IMG/VR virus record: IMGVR_UViG_3300025896_000023
Origin: a virus
Taxonomy: Duplodnaviria; Heunggongvirae; Uroviricota; Caudoviricetes
DNA: 64,000 bases
Reading direction: 5' to 3' (one strand)
Shown here: positions 10,280 through 19,598 of the stretch, piece by piece
Position numbering within the stretch: position 1 is the stretch's first letter
How the letters are laid out: every line of letters starts with the position of its first letter
Notes under the pieces: model-generated
Database searches by the model: none
The model's input: only the letters and a program-made list of their open reading frames with translations
Told to the model about the DNA's origin: nothing
Made by a program: the position numbers and the translations under genes

Positions 10280-10839
10280 TGGAAAATATAGGATATGATA
10301 TTTTCGTTTTTAGAAAAAGTATTCCTTTTCAAACAATAGAATTATGTAATACTATTAGAAATGAATCCAACTCTGATGGAAGAATCGATGCTAACGATAT
10401 TTTAATGGAAAGCTTTAATAGTTTTATTAAAGAATTATATAATGATGTGATTCTAGATTATTTAAAAATATATGATGTAGAGAACGGAATAGGTTATAAC
10501 TCAAGTATTGATACCGTTAATGAAATTAAGGAGTATGTTAGTCCATTATGGCGAGAAGTATTTTTATTAAAATATTCTGAAACATATCCCATCTCTTATG
10601 AAAAAAACGTGCATTGGGATTTTTCTATGTTTACTATTGTCGGATGTTTAAACGATGAATTTGAAGGAGGTGAACTTGAATTTCCTAGGCAAGAAATAAG
10701 TGTTTTATTAAAAAAAGGAGATATTGTGATTTTTCCAGGAGGGTTAACCCATCCGCATTTTGTGAATAAAGTTACCAAGGGAGAGAGATATGTTATCGTT
10801 GGTCAAACCCTATATCCTGGCTTAAATAAAATAAAATAA
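10279..10839 (+). CDS. 2OG-Fe(II) oxygenase (prolyl-4-hydroxylase-like)
   Basis: VHWD (HxD) ... GGELEFP ... GDIVIFPGGLTHPHFVNKVTKGERYVI (distal His, Arg). Confidence 0.55.
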   Translation: MENIGYDIFVFRKSIPFQTIELCNTIRNESNSDGRIDANDILMESFNSFIKELYNDVILDYLKIYDVENGIGYNSSIDTVNEIKEYVSPLWREVFLLKYSETYPISYEKNVHWDFSMFTIVGCLNDEFEGGELEFPRQEISVLLKKGDIVIFPGGLTHPHFVNKVTKGERYVIVGQTLYPGLNKIK

Positions 10840-11886
10840 ATGAAAGTATATTGTACATTACCATTTACCAGAATGAAAATAAATTCTGATGGAGAATATC
10901 ATTCATGTTGCCACCAGAATATACATTATGGAAATATAATAAAGGAGGATATTACAATAAAGGAAGCATTTGATAAAGACATTATCAAAGATATTCAAAA
11001 TTCTATTTTAGGAAATAATTTACACGATGCTTGTAATACCCCTAGGTGTCCATTTTATTCAAAACGAAATGAATTAGATACGCTATTCATGAACGATGTA
11101 GAATATACGGACCAACCTATTGATTTTGAACTTTCATTACCATCTTCGCATTGTAATATAGGAGGAACAGACCCTACACCTGATACTGCATGCCCAATGT
11201 GCCCTAGGGCATCTGTGTCTTTTATTGAGCATGAACCATCCATTGATTTAATAGAAATAGTATTGGATAAATTAAAACCTATTATGAATAAGGTTAAAAT
11301 ACTAAATATACAGGGAATCGCTGAACCGTTTTGGAAAGGAAAAGTATTTGAAATTTTAAATAAATTAGATTTTAAAAAATATAGAAATGTTATACATTTT
11401 TGGAGTTTTACAAATGGAACAGTATTTGGAGATAAAATACAAGATAAATTTATAGAAATGGTAGGATTTGCTAGTTTAGGATTTTCAATAGATGCAGCAA
11501 CACCCGAAACGTATATTAAAGTAAGAAAATTAAATTACTTTAAAACTATTGAGAGAAATTTAAAAAAATATTTCGAAAAAACAAAGAATCTTAAAAATGA
11601 AAATGGTTGGTTACATTCGTTTACGACATATAATATCAATATGATAAATGTGCATGAAATGGAACAAATGGTCAGGTGGTCACATGGGATAGGGGCAGAT
11701 AGAACAGAATTTACATTAACATTTATAAGTGCTCCTGAAATTCCAATAGGTACCGAAAATATATGTAATAAAGATAATTGGCATATATTTTGGGAAGGAC
11801 AACAAAGGGCGATGCATGTTGCAAAGGAATTAAATTATAGTGTAACATTTTATGTTCCATTTCATGGAGGATTTTTAAATAATTAA
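10840..11886 (+). CDS. Cys-rich hypothetical protein
   Basis: 348 aa; CTLPF...HSCCHQ, CNTPRCPF, ACPMCP; no CxxxCxxC radical-SAM motif. Confidence 0.45.
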   Translation: MKVYCTLPFTRMKINSDGEYHSCCHQNIHYGNIIKEDITIKEAFDKDIIKDIQNSILGNNLHDACNTPRCPFYSKRNELDTLFMNDVEYTDQPIDFELSLPSSHCNIGGTDPTPDTACPMCPRASVSFIEHEPSIDLIEIVLDKLKPIMNKVKILNIQGIAEPFWKGKVFEILNKLDFKKYRNVIHFWSFTNGTVFGDKIQDKFIEMVGFASLGFSIDAATPETYIKVRKLNYFKTIERNLKKYFEKTKNLKNENGWLHSFTTYNINMINVHEMEQMVRWSHGIGADRTEFTLTFISAPEIPIGTENICNKDNWHIFWEGQQRAMHVAKELNYSVTFYVPFHGGFLNN

Positions 11887-11888
11887 TT

Positions 11889-12791
11889 ATGAGAGATTTT
11901 ATAGTTGCCAGGTCTTGGCGCACGTTTGACAAACAACAATTAGTTGCACTTACTGAAATATGTAAAATAATTGTTCAACAAGAAAGATATATTGATAATG
12001 CCGAAATACATTTAAATATTAATAATCCAAATCATGAAATGCAGGCAAAGGCATTTCAATTACTTCCCCCTGGTGTTAGTTTATTTTTTTATGATAACGC
12101 TGAACTTGAACAATACGTAAGGGATTGTGGAATTGAACCAGACATAGAAAAGTACAGAGAATGGGAATGGATATACCATATCATATTACACCATAAATTA
12201 TATCATGAAAGAGGTAATGATTACGTTTTAACATATGATGATGATATTTTATTTAATGATGTTGATTTTTCAGATATAGTACATTTCGTAACTACTAAAA
12301 TTCCATTTAGTATTGCGGATCAATTTGTTGATGCAGATAAACCAATGATGGGTAAACTTATTGAAAAATTTGGCAATGAATTATTTGAAAATTATTATCG
12401 ATGTCATGGTAATGATAAATCTGGAAACTCTGGTTTTATGGGATTTAACAACAGTACGATGTCTCTGTTTACTTCTAAGGAGGATTTTCAATGGTTGATT
12501 AATTCATTTATATATAAGAGATGGGACCACATGACGATGCAGGGTACATCATGGGACACCTATAAGGTATTAATACAGGAACAATCATTACTATCAATAT
12601 TAAATAGAGCGTATTCAAATACGGAACATATCATACTATTACATAGTGATGGGTATATTTTGACAACCGACATGGAATTAATGAAACAGAGTAAAATAAT
12701 GCATTTTATTTCAACTACAAAATATTCCGAAGAATACACGCAACTTATTGAGAATAAGTATACTATATTACAAGAGGTATTTAAAATATAA
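11889..12791 (+). CDS. hypothetical protein
   Basis: 300 aa ORF followed by a terminator hairpin. Confidence 0.45.
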   Translation: MRDFIVARSWRTFDKQQLVALTEICKIIVQQERYIDNAEIHLNINNPNHEMQAKAFQLLPPGVSLFFYDNAELEQYVRDCGIEPDIEKYREWEWIYHIILHHKLYHERGNDYVLTYDDDILFNDVDFSDIVHFVTTKIPFSIADQFVDADKPMMGKLIEKFGNELFENYYRCHGNDKSGNSGFMGFNNSTMSLFTSKEDFQWLINSFIYKRWDHMTMQGTSWDTYKVLIQEQSLLSILNRAYSNTEHIILLHSDGYILTTDMELMKQSKIMHFISTTKYSEEYTQLIENKYTILQEVFKI

Positions 12792-12820
12792 ATTGTTAAT
12801 AACTTTCTTTGAAAATAAGT

Positions 12821-12851
12821 AGCCAAACATTTTTTTGTTTGGCTTTTTTTG
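12821..12851 (+). terminator. rho-independent terminator
   Basis: AGCCAAACA-TTTTTT-TGTTTGGCT then TTTTTTTG. Confidence 0.6.
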
Positions 12852-12854
12852 TTT

Positions 12855-12893
12855 AGATTTACATTATAATTAAAACAAATAAAAAACACCATT
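12855..12893 (+). promoter_or_regulatory. promoter-like module copy (variant TAGATTTACATTATAATTAAAACAAA)
   Basis: Follows the terminator at 12821. Confidence 0.45.
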
Positions 12894-13298
12894 ATGATGA
12901 ATTCAATCCAAAAAGAAGTTAAAATAGTTTTAAGTCCATCAAGCGAACAATATGCTAAAATTCGTGCAGAGTATTTTGAAAAAACAGGAAGCGATAATTA
13001 CTATGATAATCGTGATCTTTTTGACCAAATGGTTAAAGATGTTCAAACAGAATGGATATTGGAAAATGTAACATTTGGTAATGCACAATGTTTTGCTGAA
13101 CCAATTCGTATCGCACACCCTGATCAATGTGTTTCATTATATAATGACGGTAATGGAAGTTTCATTGGTAACACGTCTTGGAATGACCAGATTAAAATGT
13201 TTTGGGAGTACCCAGTATATTCAATCGAAGGAGCAGAAATCATGCTGGCACGTCAACAAGAGGCCGAGGAGCAAGAATTAATTGCTTCTTGGGAGTAA
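12894..13298 (+). CDS. hypothetical protein
   Basis: 134 aa ORF downstream of a promoter-like copy. Confidence 0.45.
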   Translation: MMNSIQKEVKIVLSPSSEQYAKIRAEYFEKTGSDNYYDNRDLFDQMVKDVQTEWILENVTFGNAQCFAEPIRIAHPDQCVSLYNDGNGSFIGNTSWNDQIKMFWEYPVYSIEGAEIMLARQQEAEEQELIASWE

Positions 13299-13405
13299 TT
13301 AATCTATAAGAATTGAAACAAAAAATCACAAGTGCAATATAACTTAAGTCTTTAAGCCTGAGGGTAAAATCATTAATCCCGGGAAACTTTTTAAATCTAT
13401 AAATT

Positions 13406-13609
13406 ATGAAAATATTAATAATCTTATTAGCATTTCTTTCATTTTCATGTAAACCAGCAGAAGATCGTATAAAGGATCATAGCTACACCAAAGAATGGTA
13501 TTACCAAAATGTTCAAAGATACCAAGTATATCAGACCAAATATGGCGAACGATACATATTGGTACTAAATAATAGAGAATCAAAGTACATTAGAAAATAT
13601 TTAAAATAA
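13406..13609 (+). CDS. small lipoprotein
   Basis: MKILIILLAFLSFSCKP lipobox. Confidence 0.4.
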   Translation: MKILIILLAFLSFSCKPAEDRIKDHSYTKEWYYQNVQRYQVYQTKYGERYILVLNNRESKYIRKYLK

Positions 13610-13620
13610 TTATTATAGAT

Positions 13621-13965
13621 ATGAAAGCAATAACATATTATAGAGTATGCCATAAAGAAACACTACAGGGACTTTGGTACAATTACAATGGAGAATTTAC
13701 TGGATTAATTCACAACGCATTTGATTTTTGTGAGAATAGTTTATTAGAAATGGAATTCGATGAAACCATAGTTGGATGGTTATCTGCAGTAGAATCATTA
13801 GAAGATTTATGGAAATGGTTCACTCAGGATGATATTAAAGAACTACAAGATTATGGCTGGTATATTCATGAATTCGAAGCAGAAGATGTTAAATTCTATG
13901 AAAGGTTTCAACATCTTGTAATTAAACAAGAAACATCAAAAGTAATAAAATTAATAAGACTTTAA
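13621..13965 (+). CDS. hypothetical protein
   Basis: 114 aa ORF. Confidence 0.4.
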   Translation: MKAITYYRVCHKETLQGLWYNYNGEFTGLIHNAFDFCENSLLEMEFDETIVGWLSAVESLEDLWKWFTQDDIKELQDYGWYIHEFEAEDVKFYERFQHLVIKQETSKVIKLIRL

Positions 13966-13968
13966 ATC

Positions 13969-14385
13969 ATGGAAAAACTATCAAACTTAAAATGGTACCT
14001 TGCACTTCCAATATGGTATGCAATAATGACCACTTTGACATTTATAATATGGTTTGGACTTTCTCAAGCTATGGGTGGACCTGAAGATGTATTTACAAAT
14101 CCAGTAACCTGTCTTAAATTTTCAAGTCTAATGGCTATTCCATTTACTGCAATAACCTTATTAACGATTAATATGTCCAACTCTAGTCAGAAATTCTGGG
14201 ATAGAGCCGAAGAGGTTAGTGAAAGAATTGAAGCTGCTGAAACTACAAAGGAACTGCATGAGATAATCAATGATGAATTTATAAAAGGTGGAACTCTTAG
14301 AAGATTATCAGGCGGAGGACCCCACTATGAGAAAATGAAACAAATGATAGCCATTATAAAAACCAAACTTAAATACGTAAAATAA
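13969..14385 (+). CDS. membrane protein
   Basis: Two or three N-terminal TM helices. Confidence 0.4.
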   Translation: MEKLSNLKWYLALPIWYAIMTTLTFIIWFGLSQAMGGPEDVFTNPVTCLKFSSLMAIPFTAITLLTINMSNSSQKFWDRAEEVSERIEAAETTKELHEIINDEFIKGGTLRRLSGGGPHYEKMKQMIAIIKTKLKYVK

Positions 14386-14386
14386 A

Positions 14387-14468
14387 ATTGTTAATAACTT
14401 TTTGCAAATAAGTTTTCACGGGTCAAATTTAATAGCTATATTTACATTATAATTAAAACAAATATCAT
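14387..14468 (+). promoter_or_regulatory. full composite module: AATTGTTAATAACTTTTTG palindrome, GTTTTCACGGGTCAAAT box, TATATTTACATTATAATTAAAACA core
   Basis: All three blocks present. Confidence 0.55.
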
Positions 14469-14798
14469 ATGAACAGATTAATTTTTATTTTAGCAGGAGT
14501 GATTATAGTTGGATCAATCACATTTGGAATTAAATCGTATAGCCACACTGAAACCATTAGTGCAAAGGTAGAAGGTAAGGAAAGAATCACAGAACAAAAT
14601 GGAAAGCATTTAGATTCTTATTATTTAGTGTATACTAACAAAGGTACCTTGAAGTTGGAAGATGACCTTTTTCGCGGTAATTTTTACTCAAGTGATGTGT
14701 ATGGAAAACTTAGACAAGATTCTACGTATACCTTTAAAACATCAGGTTACCGTATTGGTTTTATAAGTTCTTATCCTAATATCATAGAAGTTAAGTAA
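14469..14798 (+). CDS. hypothetical protein with N-terminal TM anchor
   Basis: Directly downstream of a full promoter module. Confidence 0.45.
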   Translation: MNRLIFILAGVIIVGSITFGIKSYSHTETISAKVEGKERITEQNGKHLDSYYLVYTNKGTLKLEDDLFRGNFYSSDVYGKLRQDSTYTFKTSGYRIGFISSYPNIIEVK

Positions 14799-14799
14799 T

Positions 14800-15210
14800 A
14801 TGGAAAAAGATTTTACACCTTACGAACAAGCATTGGCCCTAAAAGAATTAGGGTTTAATAGAAGAACGTCTGCACAGTATAATACGCGACAAGGTGATGA
14901 ATGGATATTAACATTTGATTTGTCGGGAGAAGGTCAATATCCTAACAATTCTTCAGCATGTATAGCACCAACATTCTCACAAGCATTTAGATGGTTTAGA
15001 GAGAAATATAGTTTATCTGTGTGGGTTACATCAAAAACAGTTGAGAGCAATACAATATACATTCCATGTGGTAGAACAATCCCCGATACTATCAAAAAAG
15101 AACTCGCTGTTGATATTATACCTTATGCAGCTTTTAAAAACTACGAAGAAGCAGAACTTGAATGTTTAAAGAAACTAATAGAAATCGTTAAAACAAAAGA
15201 AGTATGTTAA
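14800..15210 (+). CDS. hypothetical protein
   Basis: 136 aa ORF. Confidence 0.4.
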   Translation: MEKDFTPYEQALALKELGFNRRTSAQYNTRQGDEWILTFDLSGEGQYPNNSSACIAPTFSQAFRWFREKYSLSVWVTSKTVESNTIYIPCGRTIPDTIKKELAVDIIPYAAFKNYEEAELECLKKLIEIVKTKEVC

Positions 15211-15449
15211 GCCCCGCAAAATACGTAATTGTCAATGGATGTGCCATTATATTCTCAGCAGCAATCCAACACAAAGATATGGTTGGTTACAATAAAAAAG
15301 CAACAGGAGCTGGTTTTGTAAGATTTATCTTTGATGAAAAAAACGATCAGATTAAAGCAATAGCTTATGGAAAATCAATCTCGCTTGGAATAGAGTCACA
15401 TGAAAGAGACTCAAGAATTTTAACAATGCAAATCACTAATACTTATTAA
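15204..15449 (+). CDS. hypothetical protein
   Basis: 81 aa ORF. Confidence 0.35.
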   Translation: MLSPAKYVIVNGCAIIFSAAIQHKDMVGYNKKATGAGFVRFIFDEKNDQIKAIAYGKSISLGIESHERDSRILTMQITNTY

Positions 15450-15450
15450 A

Positions 15451-15861
15451 ATGCAAAAACATTATTTTGAATTAGATAAAGTAGAGTCAATTACTTTAAC
15501 ATTAGAAAGAGAATCAAGTTACCAATGGTATCCAGAGACCCCTGCTCCTCCTAAAACATTTTTGGGATTTTTATTTGGACAACAACCTTTAATTCCAGCG
15601 GGTTGGAATGAGTATAGAGATGATGATGGAAATGAATGTAGACTATGGAATAGAAAACAATCCACATATTTTGCAGATTATTCATGGTATCGAATAGATG
15701 AAGTCAATAAAAAGATTTATAATAAAGCGCACGTTACGGTGTATTTAAGTTATAAACATTCATTAGGAACAAATTTCGAATCTAATGAAGAGGCTCAGGA
15801 ATATGTAGATTCATTAATAGAAGATTCAGATAAAGGTTTTCACGTAATCATAAATAATTAA
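15451..15861 (+). CDS. hypothetical protein
   Basis: 136 aa ORF. Confidence 0.4.
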   Translation: MQKHYFELDKVESITLTLERESSYQWYPETPAPPKTFLGFLFGQQPLIPAGWNEYRDDDGNECRLWNRKQSTYFADYSWYRIDEVNKKIYNKAHVTVYLSYKHSLGTNFESNEEAQEYVDSLIEDSDKGFHVIINN

Positions 15862-15865
15862 AAAT

Positions 15866-16003
15866 ATGAAACATTTTTCAATATCATTAGTATACATTGC
15901 ATTCTTTACTTTAATCGGTTTTGCATGTTATTTTACAATGTCGGCATGGCCATTATGGGCACTAGTATTTACACCAACATATTCAAATAAAGATAATGAG
16001 TAA
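15866..16003 (+). CDS. micro membrane protein (45 aa, not in ORF track)
   Basis: ATG at 15866; one TM helix; stop overlaps the next start. Confidence 0.3.
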   Translation: MKHFSISLVYIAFFTLIGFACYFTMSAWPLWALVFTPTYSNKDNE

Positions 16004-16208
16004 CGAATTTAAAAATGTAATTCCAGGTAAGATTTATCGACATTATAAAGGAGGAATTTATAAGGTTCTTCACCTGGCAAAGAATACGGATAATGATGAA
16101 GATATGGTTATCTATCAATCAACACAATTTGGTAGTTATCATGCAAGACCTTTAACCAATTGGAATACTCCAGTCAATAATAAGCCAAGATTTTATGAAT
16201 GTAATTGA
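15996..16208 (+). CDS. DUF1653-like protein
   Basis: IYRHYKGGIYKVLHLAK...MVIYQS...HARPLTNW pattern. Confidence 0.5.
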   Translation: MSNEFKNVIPGKIYRHYKGGIYKVLHLAKNTDNDEDMVIYQSTQFGSYHARPLTNWNTPVNNKPRFYECN

Positions 16209-16494
16209 TAAAAGAAATCAATTTTTAGAAATGGATGGTTTGTATTTTGAGTCTGAGACACATGAATGGTTCTATGATAAAAGTAGTACCAATTATGCCC
16301 AGACAAACAATGGGTTGTACAAAGATTCCCTAAAAAATATTTATTGTTTTATTACTAGAAACAAAGAAACTGGAGAATACGATAGGGTAATGATGGATTC
16401 GAAAATAAATGAAGTTATTTTCGATACAAAATCTTTAGAAGGAATTGGATTTGAAATTGACCGATTAAAAGTAGCAAAAAGATTTAAATTATAG
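16195..16494 (+). CDS. hypothetical protein
   Basis: 99 aa ORF. Confidence 0.4.
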   Translation: MNVIDKRNQFLEMDGLYFESETHEWFYDKSSTNYAQTNNGLYKDSLKNIYCFITRNKETGEYDRVMMDSKINEVIFDTKSLEGIGFEIDRLKVAKRFKL

Positions 16495-16497
16495 ATT

Positions 16498-16914
16498 ATG
16501 AAAGATGTATTAGAATATATGAGAAGTCCTGAGGGACAAAATGCAATGAAAGTGTATTTTGACAAGCTTGCACAAAGAGATGCTATTGAAATGGCAAGGG
16601 CACAAAAATTATTAGAAATGTATAAGGTTTGCGACGATTCAACATTTGATTACTTAATGTTAGATATTTTAGTTAAGCAAGAAAAATACGATCAAAGACA
16701 TTATGATACTTATTCAGATAGAACTTTGCATATTATGAATTTAATGTGGGAAATAGCATCGAAAGAAGGTGTTGAAATAGACCCAATTGATGGTTTAACA
16801 GAGAATTTCTCATCAATGGTTTATGATTATTATGGTTACCAATTCGCAATCACACATGGACAAGGTTCGGTGTTAAGTGTGTATCGCCAAAACGAATTAA
16901 GATACAGAAGTTAA
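16498..16914 (+). CDS. hypothetical protein
   Basis: 138 aa ORF. Confidence 0.4.
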   Translation: MKDVLEYMRSPEGQNAMKVYFDKLAQRDAIEMARAQKLLEMYKVCDDSTFDYLMLDILVKQEKYDQRHYDTYSDRTLHIMNLMWEIASKEGVEIDPIDGLTENFSSMVYDYYGYQFAITHGQGSVLSVYRQNELRYRS

Positions 16915-16916
16915 TT

Positions 16917-17282
16917 ATGGAATCAATATTAGATAAAAAGATAGATTTTAAGGATGCGATTGATTCAATTAAAAGAGTACTTGGAATCTTATTTCCATGG
17001 GTTAGTCTTTTTAAAAGTATTAAAAATGAAACGTTTTATTCAAACACATTATATGATATTAAACAGGGGCATCCTGTTATAATTAGATCTGAAAAGATAA
17101 TGTCTCAATATGAAAAAATGTATGGCAGAATAGATTCGCAATTCGCATTAGATACTGTTAAGATGGGAATTAAGCGTGAAATCTGTGATGAAATCATGAG
17201 AAGTGATTTATTTGAATGGCAAATCGAAGGTACTACAATGGGAACCAAAGTTGCTGCAAGAATAATTATTAATAAGTTTTAA
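16917..17282 (+). CDS. hypothetical protein
   Basis: 121 aa ORF. Confidence 0.4.
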   Translation: MESILDKKIDFKDAIDSIKRVLGILFPWVSLFKSIKNETFYSNTLYDIKQGHPVIIRSEKIMSQYEKMYGRIDSQFALDTVKMGIKREICDEIMRSDLFEWQIEGTTMGTKVAARIIINKF

Positions 17283-17316
17283 AAATAAGTATTAAAACAT
17301 TTTTTATATCGAAACT

Positions 17317-17354
17317 TTTAGTTATATTTACATATAAATTAAAACAAACATACA
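17317..17354 (+). promoter_or_regulatory. promoter-like module copy (variant TATATTTACATATAAATTAAAACAAACA)
   Basis: Upstream of Prs-like gene. Confidence 0.45.
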
Positions 17355-18233
17355 ATGATAATATTAGATTTAGTTAACCCGGAAAAATCGCAAATCAAGT
17401 ACAAAATTAGTCAATTCCCAGATGGTCAACAAACAGTAGACCTTACAGAATGGAATGACTTATTGAGATATACTGATGCTGTAAAAATTAGCTCACGTTT
17501 AAATAGTTTTAAAGATTTAGAATTAATTATTTGTGCAACCACTGCGATCAGAAATATTAAACCTACCAGAGAAATTATCCTTTACGTTCCTTATTTTGTA
17601 GGTGCTCGTTCAGATCGCAAATTTAGCGAAGGTGGAGTTAATTATCTAAAACAGGTAATTTGTCCAATTATTAATTCTTTAAATTTTATAACTGTAATTA
17701 CGTTAGATCCACACTCTGATGTATTGGAAGCATGCTTGAATAACTATGAAAAATTAGATAATCACATACTAGCAAAATATGCACTTTCAAATATAGATAA
17801 TAAAAAAGATGCTCAAGAAAGAATTTGTTTAGTAAGCCCAGATGCTGGAGCATATAAGAAAATCTTTGATGTTGCTAAAAAGTTTGGAATTCAAAATGTT
17901 GTTACTGCAAATAAAGTAAGAGACATGAAAACTGGTAATATTCTTAAGACCGAGGTTCCAAACCTACCAGGAATTGTTGGAGATGATTTACAATATGTAA
18001 TCATCGATGATATTTGCGATGGTGGTAGAACATTTAATGAACTAGCAAAGGCAATTAGAGAACAACGAAGTGATGCAAAGATCTATTTAGTAGTAACCCA
18101 TGGTATCTTTAGCGCTGGATTTAAAGAATTATCACAATACTTCGAAGGAATTTATACAACAAATAGTTATCGAGAAGTTGCAGATAATGAATATGAAGAA
18201 AAAACAAACACAATAGTATTTAAAGTAATATAA
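17355..18233 (+). CDS. ribose-phosphate pyrophosphokinase (Prs) family protein; candidate ADP-ribose pyrophosphokinase
   Basis: PRPP-binding loop VIIDDICDGGRT; SPDAGAYKKIFDVAKKFG; length 292 aa; directly downstream of a promoter module. Confidence 0.6.
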   Translation: MIILDLVNPEKSQIKYKISQFPDGQQTVDLTEWNDLLRYTDAVKISSRLNSFKDLELIICATTAIRNIKPTREIILYVPYFVGARSDRKFSEGGVNYLKQVICPIINSLNFITVITLDPHSDVLEACLNNYEKLDNHILAKYALSNIDNKKDAQERICLVSPDAGAYKKIFDVAKKFGIQNVVTANKVRDMKTGNILKTEVPNLPGIVGDDLQYVIIDDICDGGRTFNELAKAIREQRSDAKIYLVVTHGIFSAGFKELSQYFEGIYTTNSYREVADNEYEEKTNTIVFKVI

Positions 18234-18445
18234 TGTATACTATAGATTCATTAACAACATTAGGATATGTTATAGAAATTAGTTTGGATAGAACAAGTAC
18301 TCCTAAATTCGCGTTTGACATATGGAAATATGAACACTTTGGAAATTATGAACTAATTAAAGTCAGAGAATGGTATTTATACCGAACATGGCAAGAAGCA
18401 TTTGAAGCAGCAGTAGAAGAATTAAAACACTTAAATTTAATATAA
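18233..18445 (+). CDS. hypothetical protein
   Basis: 70 aa; ATGT overlap with Prs-like gene. Confidence 0.35.
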   Translation: MYTIDSLTTLGYVIEISLDRTSTPKFAFDIWKYEHFGNYELIKVREWYLYRTWQEAFEAAVEELKHLNLI

Positions 18446-18556
18446 AAATGAATAAAGAAATTAAAACAGAAACAACGGACCAATTAGTATTAGTTCATGA
18501 TGTAATTTTAGGCTCAAGATATGAGTTGCAATCGGTTGAAGTAGAGGCAGATCTAG

Positions 18557-19078
18557 GTGCTCCAGATGAAACTATTGATGAGCAATAGAGAATATCGAAT
18601 GTATGGCTTGGTACCTTATAACTTAAGCCCAATCCAACAAGGTATCCAATTTGGACATGCTGTGGTAGAATATGGAATTGAATTTATTGAAAACCAAGAA
18701 TACCAAGAATGGGCTAGAAGAGATAAAACTTTTATTATTCTAAACGGCGGTACTACTAATTCAAATACAATGAGATTAGGAACTCTTAACCAACATTATC
18801 ATGAATTAAATGACAATGGTATTAAAATTGGAGAATTTCATGAGCCAGATTTAGGAGATCAATTAACTGCAGTAGTTTTTATAGTTGATGATCGAGTATT
18901 TGACAAGGTAAATTGGCCAGACTTAGTTCCATTACAATTCAATAATGGATTTATGAATCCAGAAGACCTAGATGAGTACCGAAAAAATGAATTCGACGAA
19001 TGGAAGAAACAATTTGGAGATGATGCAGAGCAAATCGTATTCCTAAGATATTTTTTAAAAAACTTTAGATTAGCATAA
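18557..19078 (+). CDS. hypothetical protein, weak resemblance to PTH2-type peptidyl-tRNA hydrolase
   Basis: QQGIQFGHAVVEYG roughly matches the PTH2 AAQCxHA box; true start may be an internal Met. Confidence 0.3.
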   Translation: MLQMKLLMSNREYRMYGLVPYNLSPIQQGIQFGHAVVEYGIEFIENQEYQEWARRDKTFIILNGGTTNSNTMRLGTLNQHYHELNDNGIKIGEFHEPDLGDQLTAVVFIVDDRVFDKVNWPDLVPLQFNNGFMNPEDLDEYRKNEFDEWKKQFGDDAEQIVFLRYFLKNFRLA

Positions 19079-19079
19079 G

Positions 19080-19595
19080 ATGTATCAAGAAATAGAAGGT
19101 GATTTAATTGCTATGGCAAAACAAGGTAAGTTTGATGTAATTACACATGGTTGTAATTGTTTGTCAAATATGGGAGCAGGAATAGCACCTCAAATGGCAA
19201 AAGCATTTGGAGTTGATAAATTTGAAATGGAAACTTGGGGTGCAACAATCGAAAAACTAGGATGTATTGATTGGCAAACAGTAGTTCTTGGAGAAAATAC
19301 AATTTGGTCTTTAGAAGATTATAAGAACAATCGAGATGAACCAGAATTAGTAGTTGTGAATTCATATACACAATATAGATATGGTAAGAATCATAAAGAT
19401 GGAGTTGCTAAACCTATTGACTACGAAGCACTTACATTATGCATGCGTAAAATCAATAATAAATTTAATGGTAAACATATTGGACTTCCAAAGATTGGCG
19501 CCGGTTTGGCAGGTGGAGATTGGAATAGAATCAAACGTATTATTCAAACAGAATTAAAAGACATGAAAGTGTCAGTAATAATTTATAAACCATAG
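19080..19595 (+). CDS. Macro domain protein (ADP-ribose binding/hydrolysing)
   Basis: DVITHGCNCLSNMGAGIA matches the macro-domain nucleotide-binding loop. Confidence 0.6.
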   Translation: MYQEIEGDLIAMAKQGKFDVITHGCNCLSNMGAGIAPQMAKAFGVDKFEMETWGATIEKLGCIDWQTVVLGENTIWSLEDYKNNRDEPELVVVNSYTQYRYGKNHKDGVAKPIDYEALTLCMRKINNKFNGKHIGLPKIGAGLAGGDWNRIKRIIQTELKDMKVSVIIYKP

Positions 19596-19598
19596 AAA

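Noticed and set aside
10840-11886. Radical SAM assignment for the Cys-rich 348-aa protein
   Set aside because: No CxxxCxxC cluster is present. The cysteine spacing does not match known radical-SAM or SPASM patterns.
14414-14445. Direct mapping of the GTTTTCAC box and TATATTTAC onto the Bacteroidota -33 TTG and -7 TAnnTTTG consensus
   Set aside because: The spacing (about 17 nt) and the sequence (TTTTCAC rather than TTTG; TATATTTA rather than TAnnTTTG) are close but not exact. It is reported only as a resemblance pending start-site mapping.
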